Source: a virus
DNA: 32,000 nt
Virus record (IMG/VR): IMGVR_UViG_3300017971_000185
Span: 327,683-359,682 of that record
Strand: one strand, 5' to 3'
Positions 21,931 through 29,404 of the stretch are shown one piece after another. How positions within the stretch are numbered: the stretch's first letter is position 1; every line of letters begins with the position of its first letter. The notes beneath the pieces are model-generated. The model made no database searches. It was not told the origin of the DNA and saw only the letters and a list, made by a program, of their open reading frames with translations. The translations under genes were made by a program, and so were the position numbers.

Positions 21931-22083
21931 TTGGTCAATGCCAACAGATCAACCTCACAAGCATCATGTTGGTTCGAGTCCAACCTCCCCCACCCATGGG
22001 GGAGTAGCCTAACTGGAAAAGGCACCAGACGTGTAAATCTGGCGTGTAAACGCAATCAAGGTTTCTCACTCGGCGTTGACCAA
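21931..22083 (+). ncRNA. circularly permuted tRNA-like module C (YrlA-like Y RNA candidate)
   Basis: Helix TTGGTCAATGCC (21931-42) / GGCGTTGACCAA (22072-83); T arm 21968-84; CTCCCCC-A-CCCAT-GGGGGAG (21985-22004); D arm GCC-TAACTGGAAAA-GGC; stems covary with module B. Confidence 0.65.
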
Positions 22084-22438
22084 GTTTTTCTCCCCGAGCG
22101 ACGGCGCTTTCGCCAACTCCGTCAGGACCGGAAGGTAGCAGCGGTAACGGAGGACCGGGTGCTCGGGGGAACGTTTCACCGAGCCGGGGTCGTCGGTGGG
22201 CGCTTATCGCCGCGGAGAGGCGTCTGATCCGGTTCCGGGGTTTGGAGTCGCGTCCAAACCTCGGGCCGGGGAACCCCGCATGATGATTTTCCTTGACCCT
22301 TTCTTGGAGGTTCGGCACACTCAACACATCGTAATCCCGAGGGCGGTCGCCCCATCTACGGAACCGGCCTCGAATCTCTAACCCCAACCAGAGCACGGAT
22401 CAGTGATGGACGACGACATTAGCGACATTATCCGACAT
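22084..22438 (+). ncRNA. unassigned about 355-nt GC-rich structured non-coding stretch
   Basis: No convincing ORF on either strand. Several strong local helices, e.g. TCCCCGAGC (22091-99)/GCTCGGGGGA (22161-70) and a 12-bp hairpin at 22235-22264. Lies between the tRNA-like array and tRNA-Ile. Confidence 0.3.
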
Positions 22439-22512
22439 GGGTTCGTAGCTCAGTTGGTTAGAGCGCTGCCCTGATAAGGCAGAGGTCGCTGGTTCAACTC
22501 CAGCCGAGCCTA
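22439..22512 (+). tRNA. tRNA-Ile(GAT)
   Basis: Acceptor GGGTTCG/CGAGCCT, anticodon stem CTGCC/GGCAG, loop CTGATAA, T arm GCTGG-TTCAACT-CCAGC. Confidence 0.88.
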
Positions 22513-22660
22513 CAGATTTCCGCAGCCAACAACTGCGGGCCAACACGACCGATAGCGGAAGGAATCCAGCAGCGCAGGGGACGACGATTGATATGTAGAA
22601 TCGGGCCCTGTTTGACAATCTCCGCCGAACCAAGTGCTTGGAACAGAAAGTCCCCTATGA

Positions 22661-22737
<77 letters not shown>

Positions 22738-22803
22738 AGGAGATCCATGACGCGCAAGATCACATACGATGAGCGAATGCCAAGGGCAGATCTACAGATC
22801 TGC

Positions 22804-22880
22804 ACCGGGATAGCTCAGGTGGTCAGAGCGGGGGTCTCATAATCCCCAGGTCGCCGGTTCAACTCCGGCTCCCGGTACCA
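22804..22880 (+). tRNA. tRNA(CAT), elongator Met or Ile2 (lysidine) type, CCA encoded
   Basis: Acceptor ACCGGGA/TCCCGGT, anticodon stem GGGGT/TCCCC, loop CTCATAA, T arm GCCGG-TTCAACT-CCGGC. Confidence 0.85.
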
Positions 22881-23050
22881 TGAGCGAGATTCCAGACTGT
22901 CTCAAATCGCTTCCCCCAGAGGAGCTAGCGAAAGTCAAACCGATTTCGAAGGAAGAAGTAGACGAGGCCCTGCGGCAAGGGGCCGAAGACAGACGACGGG
23001 CCGAGAAGTACGTCAACGCCGTCGTGATCCCCAACATCCCTTTCAGGTAA
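22880..23050 (+). CDS. possible 56-aa ORF between tRNA-Met and tRNA-His
   Basis: MSEIPDCLKSLPPEELAKVK...; fair GC3 but no SD; the ATG overlaps the CCA end of the tRNA. Confidence 0.3.
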   Translation: MSEIPDCLKSLPPEELAKVKPISKEEVDEALRQGAEDRRRAEKYVNAVVIPNIPFR

Positions 23051-23103
23051 GCGCCATGCTCACAACCGCACATACAGACGACGAGCCACATCACCATACT
23101 TAT

Positions 23104-23182
23104 GGTGTCCGTAGCTCAGTTGGTCTAGAGCGCCTGGTTGTGGCCCAGGAGGTCGCCGGTTCAAATCCGGTCGGACACCCCA
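23104..23182 (+). tRNA. tRNA-His(GTG) with genome-encoded G-1 and CCA
   Basis: G-1 at 23104 opposite C73, acceptor GTGTCCG/CGGACAC, anticodon loop TTGTGGC, T arm GCCGG-TTCAAAT-CCGGT. Confidence 0.9.
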
Positions 23183-23196
23183 CAGAGATTCTCGAC

Positions 23197-23432
<236 letters not shown>

Positions 23433-23500
23433 CTCCTTGAACGGGAGAGTCGTTCGATGGAATTCGTCAGTGCCGAGCTTGGCTTGGAAAGGCCCTCACC

Positions 23501-23773
23501 TTGTCATCCCGAGCAGTACGTCGTCACCATCGGGCGCGCAGACGAGCCCGTGTCATCCGCATCCTCAGCATCTGGTTTGGTTCGCTACGAGATCATCCCG
23601 ATTTCGAGGAGAACGATCCCTGGGTCTATCGCCGCATCAACGGGATCACCACGTGCTCGTGCATCCTGTGCTGCAACATCCGTCGAGCCCGAGGGTTCAA
23701 AGGCCCTGTGAGGACTCGTCAAGAGCGTCTTGCCGAGATTGCTCAGCGAGAGCAGCTAGAGGAGATTCCCTAG
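23501..23773 (+). CDS. hypothetical Cys-rich small protein; 5' end ambiguous (possible frame switch from ORF 23457)
   Basis: Good GC3 and ...TTCSCILCCNIRRARGFKGPVRTRQE... in this frame only from about 23590. The SD plus ATG 23457 lies in another frame that looks coding only for its first roughly 45 codons. Confidence 0.35.
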   Translation: MSSRAVRRHHRARRRARVIRILSIWFGSLRDHPDFEENDPWVYRRINGITTCSCILCCNIRRARGFKGPVRTRQERLAEIAQREQLEEIP

Positions 23774-23914
23774 CTTTTCAGGCCCGGTTGGCGAATGGTC
23801 GCAGGCTCGGGTTGCCTCCGCGCTGATTGCGCGTGCAACTTTCTTTGGAATTTCGCGTAGAGGTTGTCAGGTCAAGCGAGCCCATTCCGTCTAGCAGTCA
23901 AGGAGGCAGAAACC

Positions 23915-24538
23915 ATGACTACAATCGGCGTCAACAGCTTCGTGACCAGGCAGACGGCAGACAGCGAATTCACGCACTTTGAGGGTGACGGCGGTTTCGA
24001 GCGCGTCGGTGAGTTGGTCCTGGAGCATTTCTCTATGGCCAAGGCTGGCTACCGGGATGGCGTCGTGTTGGTGCCCGTGCCGCCAGATGGCTTCTACTGT
24101 GGTGTGGTCACGCTCAAGGAAGGCGACAGGCTCGTAGGTCGGTACGAGGCTCGGCGTGAGGGCGAGGAGCCTCGCCAGGAAGTCCGAGTCGTGCGTGCTC
24201 GTGTTTTTCGGCCTGGTCCCAAAGGGATGGAGCCGTCTTGGGAAATTCCGGCGGAGGGAGCAGGTAAAGAACCGTGTCTCCATGTGGACGTGGTGCTCTA
24301 CCGCCGAGACGTTCTTGAGAGCAACGGAGAGGAGTGTACGGGCTGCGACTGGGACATCGTGAGCATCAACGGGCGCACCACCGATGAAGAAGCTCCCATC
24401 GCGCCGATGACTCTCATCGCCAATCACTTCGAGCTAGACGGCGGGACGGCGACCGGCATGACGCCTGAGAAATTCGAGGCGAAGTTGCGCGAGTCGGTCC
24501 TGTATTGGAAGGACAAGGCTCTGCTGGCGAGCGAGTGA
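23915..24538 (+). CDS. hypothetical protein
   Basis: AAGGAGG then ATG 23915; 207 aa; no family recognised. Confidence 0.7.
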   Translation: MTTIGVNSFVTRQTADSEFTHFEGDGGFERVGELVLEHFSMAKAGYRDGVVLVPVPPDGFYCGVVTLKEGDRLVGRYEARREGEEPRQEVRVVRARVFRPGPKGMEPSWEIPAEGAGKEPCLHVDVVLYRRDVLESNGEECTGCDWDIVSINGRTTDEEAPIAPMTLIANHFELDGGTATGMTPEKFEAKLRESVLYWKDKALLASE

Positions 24539-24602
24539 GTTGCGCTTTTCCCGCACTTTCGGTGTGTAAACTTCTTCGCGAAACCCGCGTAGAGGGTGTG
24601 AG

Positions 24603-25424
24603 ATGGCACTCGCTCACTTCAGCAAGCTCGGTCCTGCTCCGTTCACCGTCGCTGACATGATTGGCCCGGATGACGCGATCTACGGTGGCTCGGACCCATT
24701 CGAGGGCGTCGAGGGTGCCCATGACCGTTGCGAGTGCTGCGGCAAGAAGCTGTCCTGGCGAGTGCTTCTCGTTGATGGCGCTGGCAAGCCTCATGTCGTT
24801 GGCCGATCCTGCGCCGCGCAGGCTGAGGATTTGAAGGGTGTTTCGCTACGGGACGCAGAGTTGAAGGCGAAGCGCCGGGTGCTCGACACTTGGATGACGA
24901 GCGAGCATGGTGCGGCTTTTCGCGAGTGGGCATCGAAGGTGCCTCATCCGAAGGGTTGGAGTGGTCGCTCGCTGCTCGATGACCTTCGGTACTGGACTCG
25001 ACGCAAAGGCGCGGATGCCCTTCCAAAGATCCGCAAGGCGCTCAAGGCGTTTGGTGCGGGCGATGCTGCTGAGCTACTGGAGGAGGAGCGCAAGGCCGAG
25101 GCTCACAGGGAAGCGAAGAAAAGGCGCAAGGCTGCCTACGACATTCGGTACAGGCTCCGTTCCAAGTTGGAAGAGGAGAAGAGGACGGATCCTTGGGAAG
25201 TACATGAGTGGTTCAAGGCGCGCCATCTGAATGATTTGGACGCGGACCCTGCATTCCTTGCCAAGTACAACGCACAGGAAGAGGCGAAGCTGAGGAAGCT
25301 CTATGGTGAGCCGAAGGATTGGGATGCACGGTTCGCTGCTCTTGAAGCCATGACGGACGATGAGCTTTGGACCGCGGCCGAGAAGGCTGGTTGGGTGTAT
25401 CGAGGAAGGCTCAACGGGTGCTGA
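24603..25424 (+). CDS. hypothetical protein
   Basis: 273-aa ORF, CECCG..C motif, Lys/Glu-rich middle. Confidence 0.7.
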   Translation: MALAHFSKLGPAPFTVADMIGPDDAIYGGSDPFEGVEGAHDRCECCGKKLSWRVLLVDGAGKPHVVGRSCAAQAEDLKGVSLRDAELKAKRRVLDTWMTSEHGAAFREWASKVPHPKGWSGRSLLDDLRYWTRRKGADALPKIRKALKAFGAGDAAELLEEERKAEAHREAKKRRKAAYDIRYRLRSKLEEEKRTDPWEVHEWFKARHLNDLDADPAFLAKYNAQEEAKLRKLYGEPKDWDARFAALEAMTDDELWTAAEKAGWVYRGRLNGC

Positions 25425-25441
25425 GCGAGAGGCTCGGTAAC

Positions 25442-25921
25442 ATGCCTTCTGTGGCTGAGCTATCCTTCCAGACGGCGATCTCGCGGACACGTCTCTCGGC
25501 TCCCTCGGCTTACTTGCTGGATCAGGGGTTGCTGAAGGGGCGCATCCTCGACTTCGGCTGTGGGAAAGGCGACCTAGCCAAGTTTCTGGACGGAGACATC
25601 GAGGAGTACGATCCCCACTATGCCCCGAAGCGGCCACGGGGGAAGTTTGATGTGGTCGTCTGCAACTACATCCTCAACGTTCTTCCCGAGAAAGATCAGC
25701 GCAAGGCTCTCCGAGATGCGCTTTCGTTTCTCCGCAAGGATGGTGTTCTCTACGTGACCGTTCGTCGCGATCTGGAGAAAGAGGCCACCACCACACTCGG
25801 GAAACGGCAGTTTCATGTGGACTTGCGGATGCCGTCCCTTGTGCATCGCCGTGGGCGATTCGAGATCTACGCCATCAGCGCCGAGCATGTGCGTAAATCA
25901 GCAGCCAGATGGCGGCCCTGA
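25442..25921 (+). CDS. small class I SAM-dependent methyltransferase (alternative GTG start 25418)
   Basis: Motif I ILDFGCGKGD, then DVVVCNYILNVL; layout resembles small stand-alone methyltransferases. Confidence 0.7.
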   Translation: MPSVAELSFQTAISRTRLSAPSAYLLDQGLLKGRILDFGCGKGDLAKFLDGDIEEYDPHYAPKRPRGKFDVVVCNYILNVLPEKDQRKALRDALSFLRKDGVLYVTVRRDLEKEATTTLGKRQFHVDLRMPSLVHRRGRFEIYAISAEHVRKSAARWRP

Positions 25922-25927
25922 CGATGC

Positions 25928-25956
25928 TTGACAACGGCCTGGAGACCAGCTACAAG
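25928..25956 (+). promoter_or_regulatory. sigma70-like promoter TTGACA-N17-TACAAG ahead of the Lys tRNAs
   Basis: GCTTGACA at 25926-25933, TACAAG at 25951-25956, followed by an 80-nt structured leader (10-bp hairpin 25997-26021). Confidence 0.5.
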
Positions 25957-26037
25957 GTCTTAGTCATGTCCGGTATCCGTCTGAAACGCAAGACCTAGCC
26001 CGAGGGAAGTCCCCTTGGGCTGGTAGAAGTGCGTTTT

Positions 26038-26113
26038 GGGCCGGTAGCTCAGTAGGCAGAGCGGCGGACTCTTAATCCGCAGGTCGAGGGATCGTCACCC
26101 TCCCGGCTCTCCA
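26038..26113 (+). tRNA. tRNA-Lys(CTT), CCA encoded, atypical T loop ATCGTCA
   Basis: Acceptor GGGCCGG/CCGGCTC, anticodon loop CTCTTAA, T arm GAGGG-ATCGTCA-CCCTC (A54/U58 instead of T54/A58). Confidence 0.8.
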
Positions 26114-26192
26114 ACGAGGATAGTGCCGAACCTGCATGCAGTCGGTGCCCCTCGGGTGCGGATCGAGTGCAAGGCGAAGATCCGCACCACCT

Positions 26193-26265
26193 GGGCTCGT
26201 AGCTCAATCGGTAGAGCGACGGACTTTTAATCCGTAGGTTTTCGGTTCGATTCCGAACGGGCTCG
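26193..26265 (+). tRNA. tRNA-Lys(TTT)
   Basis: Acceptor GGGCTCG/CGGGCTC (two G:U pairs), anticodon loop CTTTTAA, T arm TTCGG-TTCGATT-CCGAA. Confidence 0.85.
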
Positions 26266-26412
26266 CTGTTTTTGAAAGAGAGCTTTGAGTGCTGGAGAAG
26301 GTTCCTTCGGCGGACTGTTGAGGATCTCCAGCAGCCGTTTCATCGCGGGCTCGGGAAGCCGGATGATGGGGTCGATGACCCACTTCTCGCTCTCGTCTCG
26401 CTCACTCGACAT
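26227..26412 (-). CDS. small hypothetical protein
   Basis: 61-aa ORF (…LPEPAMKRLLEILNSPPKEPSPALKALF…); its last 13 codons are antisense to tRNA-Lys(TTT). Confidence 0.35.
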   Translation of the reverse strand: MSSERDESEKWVIDPIIRLPEPAMKRLLEILNSPPKEPSPALKALFQKQRARSESNRKPTD

Positions 26413-26423
26413 CGCTTAGAATC

Positions 26424-26699
26424 TTACCACCCATAGAGCCTGGTTTTAGCGATCTCGATCGCTCGCTGAAGCGTTAAGCCGTCTCCTTGTTCTTTGCGGC
26501 CTCCGGCGTCGGTTAGCTCGACTTGCCAATGCCCGCACTCTTGCCAGATCGTGACTTGGGTACGGCAGCTAGGTCGATAGCTCGGGTTCATCTGGCCCTT
26601 GCGCCTGGCATCCTCGCGGACCGAACGGCAGAAGAACAGATGGAGTGTGTCTTCGATGGTCGGCGTCAGCCTTCCGATTGGGTCGATGCGCATGTGCAT
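26424..26699 (-). CDS. hypothetical protein
   Basis: 91-aa ORF directly upstream of 26227-26412 on the same strand. Confidence 0.45.
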   Translation of the reverse strand: MHMRIDPIGRLTPTIEDTLHLFFCRSVREDARRKGQMNPSYRPSCRTQVTIWQECGHWQVELTDAGGRKEQGDGLTLQRAIEIAKTRLYGW

Positions 26700-26898
26700 G
26701 TCCGGTGGTGAAGCAAGTGGCGTACCGGACGTGATTTCGCGGGCTTAGGTCGCTCAGCGTCGGTTGTGGCGGGGGATTGCCGCCTGCCTGTCGGCAAATT
26801 CACCGACAGGGTAGCCAATTGGAGAGGGCTCGGGTATAGTCTGGAGCGTGGCGGTGACGCCACGTTCTCACCAACGGCCAAAGCCAAAGGGTGGGTCA

Positions 26899-28098
26899 AT
26901 GACCAAGAGCCGCAAACAGCGACAAGCTGATCAGCTTGGAATGCCGATTGGGACTGCGCGAAGCAAGCTCCAACGGAAGATCATCTGGGACCTTCTGGTT
27001 CGCCAGGGGGAAAACCAATGCGCTCGCTGCGACGATTGGATCAACTCAGCCGAGGACTTGGCCATCACCCACATCGAGCCCTGGCTCGATAACGACCCAG
27101 AGTTGTTCTGGGATCACAACAACGTCGCCTTCATGCACCCGACCTGTGCCGAGGAGTATGCATCAGAGAGGGAGGCTGCACGGCGGCAGAAAGAGCGCGA
27201 CATGGAAATCGTAAGAGTAGGAATCATCAACGAGCGAGGAGAATGGCTCCCAGGTTGCTTCCACGATGGGAAGGTCTACGTCGTCGGCAAACATGGTAGC
27301 CGGTACAGCATCCACTTGCGCAATCTCACCGGAGAGCGCATCGAGGTCGTGCTCACGGTCGATGGGCGCGATGTGATCACGGGAGAGGAAGGCTCCACGA
27401 AGAATCGTGGATACATCCTTCACGCTTTCGAGACATGCACGATCGAGGGCTGGAGAACGAGCGACGAAACCGTTGCGGCCTTCCGTTTCGGAGCAGACAA
27501 GGACAAGGCGTACTCGACACAGCTAGGAACCGGAGCCCATCTCGGGGTGATCGGTGTGGCTGTCTTTCAGGAGTACTTCAGGCCGCAGTCTTCGTTCACC
27601 ATCCTGCGGAGTTGCGGATACTCCAGCGACTCCATACCTGTCGGCGCGAGCGCGGAGAGCGTGAAGATTTCGGCTTCGACAGAGACGAGTGGCGGAGCAA
27701 CCTATTCTGTTTCGTGCAACAACGTCAGCGACGAACCGATGTTGGGGTTCTCCGACGAGTCACGCAGGGCGTCACGCAGGGAGCGAGAGGAGCGGGCTCA
27801 GGCCCCGCTCCGTCGTCGCAGTATGAGGCGGAAACGGTTGGTCGAGGAACAGGAGCCTCGCGAGGAAGTCAAGCTCGGAACCAAGTTTGGAGAGGAGCGT
27901 CGGTCGAAGGTAGGCAAGACGACTTTCACACGTCGGACTACGGAGGCTGCCTGGACGCTCACCATCGAGTACGACACGTTCAAGAACCTCAAGAGACGGG
28001 GCATTCCGATCAAGCGGACGCAGCCGAAGAAGGAAGCGCCCACACCGAGTGCCTTCCCTGCCGACAACGAGTACTGCAAGGCTCCGCCGCGGAGGTAG
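26899..28098 (+). CDS. hypothetical protein (N-terminal Cys/His DNA-binding-like region plus unknown beta-rich domain)
   Basis: ATG 26899; ...CARCDDWI...ITHIEPWLDN...NVAFMHPTC; 399 aa. Confidence 0.7.
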   Translation: MTKSRKQRQADQLGMPIGTARSKLQRKIIWDLLVRQGENQCARCDDWINSAEDLAITHIEPWLDNDPELFWDHNNVAFMHPTCAEEYASEREAARRQKERDMEIVRVGIINERGEWLPGCFHDGKVYVVGKHGSRYSIHLRNLTGERIEVVLTVDGRDVITGEEGSTKNRGYILHAFETCTIEGWRTSDETVAAFRFGADKDKAYSTQLGTGAHLGVIGVAVFQEYFRPQSSFTILRSCGYSSDSIPVGASAESVKISASTETSGGATYSVSCNNVSDEPMLGFSDESRRASRREREERAQAPLRRRSMRRKRLVEEQEPREEVKLGTKFGEERRSKVGKTTFTRRTTEAAWTLTIEYDTFKNLKRRGIPIKRTQPKKEAPTPSAFPADNEYCKAPPRR

Positions 28099-28099
28099 C

Positions 28100-28426
28100 A
28101 TGAAACGTCGAACGTGTCCCAAGTGTTTGTCTGGCTGGATCACGGTCCGATACGAGAAGACCCACATCCGTGAACGTCTCCGGTACACCTGCACGAGTTG
28201 CGGATATACGTGGACGGGGCCGTGCGCGGACGAGCGTGACTCGATCTGGCCGCCTCCATCTGGTCCGTGGCAGCCTTCCGGGCCATGGCGACCAAGGCCC
28301 AAGCGTCGGGTGGTTCGGACGAAAGCCGCTCCCGAGATACCCTGTCCTGACTGTGGGTGTACAGGAGCGCACTTCTGTACAGGCAAGCCGTTGCCCGAGG
28401 AGACCATCTACGTGCTAGAGAGGTAG
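28100..28426 (+). CDS. zinc-ribbon protein
   Basis: GAGGTAGCATG stop-restart context; CPKC...CTSCG...CPDCGC. Confidence 0.65.
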   Translation: MKRRTCPKCLSGWITVRYEKTHIRERLRYTCTSCGYTWTGPCADERDSIWPPPSGPWQPSGPWRPRPKRRVVRTKAAPEIPCPDCGCTGAHFCTGKPLPEETIYVLER

Positions 28427-28427
28427 C

Positions 28428-28721
28428 ATGAGAATCAAGGTCGATCTGAAAGTGCAAATAGACGACGGTCCCGTGAAGGAGTCCACTCTTCGCATGGGGG
28501 ACAGGGACTACCCTGCGGAGCAGATTGCTCCTCTCACGGTCGCCGCCGTTACCTACACGATCAACCAACTCCTCGACCAAGATGTCCTGGTTGTGGGACG
28601 CGAGCCTTCTTTCGAGGAGCTTCGCAACGTGTTGCACAGCAGTCTGCATCCGTCATCTGAGGAAATGCGCAAGATTCGGAAGGCCGTGGAGGAGAGCCAT
28701 GCCACAGATCGCAATCGGTGA
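28428..28721 (+). CDS. hypothetical protein
   Basis: The same GAGGTAGCATG stop-restart context as the previous gene. Confidence 0.65.
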   Translation: MRIKVDLKVQIDDGPVKESTLRMGDRDYPAEQIAPLTVAAVTYTINQLLDQDVLVVGREPSFEELRNVLHSSLHPSSEEMRKIRKAVEESHATDRNR

Positions 28722-28944
28722 TCCAGACCCGCCCGAGACGCCAGGATCAGGGAAAACGTACATTCCGTACTACCCGTATCCCTTCGTTCCGTTCCCGTAC
28801 ATTCCATTCGTGCCCGATCCGTATCCGTGGACGCCAGTGCCGAGGGAGAACAGGTGCCCCAGATGCGGGATCAAGTGGGAGGGAGTCATGGGCTATGTTT
28901 GCGGAGATCCCAACTGCCCCATGCAGCCGCGCATCACGTGGTGA
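28699..28944 (+). CDS. Pro/Tyr-rich small protein with C-terminal zinc ribbon
   Basis: GGAGGAGAG then ATG 28699; IPYYPYPFVPFPYIPFVPDPYPW then CPRCG...CGDPNC. Confidence 0.55.
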   Translation: MPQIAIGDPDPPETPGSGKTYIPYYPYPFVPFPYIPFVPDPYPWTPVPRENRCPRCGIKWEGVMGYVCGDPNCPMQPRITW

Positions 28945-28963
28945 AACGGGGTAGACTCCCCAC

Positions 28964-29158
28964 ATGCTCGATCGGAAAGAGCTACAGCACTGGCTCAGCG
29001 CGAGTATGACCTTCTACGCCGGGGCCTCCTGCGCAGCGTTTGCGTTCGGGGAACACTTTGAGGGGTTCGTGGGAGTCGCCCTGATCTTGGTGACCTTCGT
29101 GGTGTTGGTGACGATGAAAGGTTCCGACAAAGATGCCGACAAGGACGTTCAACGGTAA
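28964..29158 (+). CDS. small membrane protein (2 predicted TM segments)
   Basis: MTFYAGASCAAFAF and GVALILVTFVVLV hydrophobic segments. Confidence 0.55.
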   Translation: MLDRKELQHWLSASMTFYAGASCAAFAFGEHFEGFVGVALILVTFVVLVTMKGSDKDADKDVQR

Positions 29159-29402
29159 CGAGATCGAGTGGCTCATGCAGTCGGATCGCGTCGTCCAGAC
29201 GACGCCCGTGGAGGGGCTGGAGGGCGGTTACCAGATGAAGGAAGTGGTCGTGGATCATCCAGATGGAAAGCTCTATCGGTTCACGTACTACTACGACACC
29301 GAGCACGGCATGACCATGAGCAGCGAAGAACCTGACGGGAAATTCGAGGCTATCGAAGTCAAGGCTGTTCCTATCACGACGTATCGCTACGAGCCGGTGT
29401 AG
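29133..29402 (+). CDS. hypothetical protein
   Basis: 89-aa ORF, overlaps the previous gene by 26 nt. Confidence 0.5.
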   Translation: MPTRTFNGNEIEWLMQSDRVVQTTPVEGLEGGYQMKEVVVDHPDGKLYRFTYYYDTEHGMTMSSEEPDGKFEAIEVKAVPITTYRYEPV

Positions 29403-29404
29403 GC

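Noticed and set aside
22181-22235. Group II intron domain V
   Set aside because: GAGCCGG...CCGGTTC reproduces the basal helix including the AGC triad with a G:U pair. But the element is 55 nt rather than about 34, lacks the 2-nt bulge and GNRA loop, and has no reverse-transcriptase/maturase ORF nearby.
21688-22396. ORFs 21688-22227 (+) and 21935-22396 (-) across the tRNA-like array
   Set aside because: The peptides contain the WFDSN/GSNP-type signatures produced by T arms, and the rest is Arg/Pro/Gly-rich. RNA structure with compensatory changes explains the conservation better.
22611-22645. TTGACA box upstream of tRNA-fMet as a promoter
   Set aside because: No acceptable -10 hexamer lies at 16-19 nt spacing (TGCTTG).
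22747-22842. SD-preceded 31-codon ORF between tRNA-fMet and tRNA(CAT) as a second leader peptide
   Set aside because: The SD-ATG spacing is only 4 nt, there is no codon bias related to the downstream tRNA, and the ORF simply runs into the tRNA. It is probably fortuitous.
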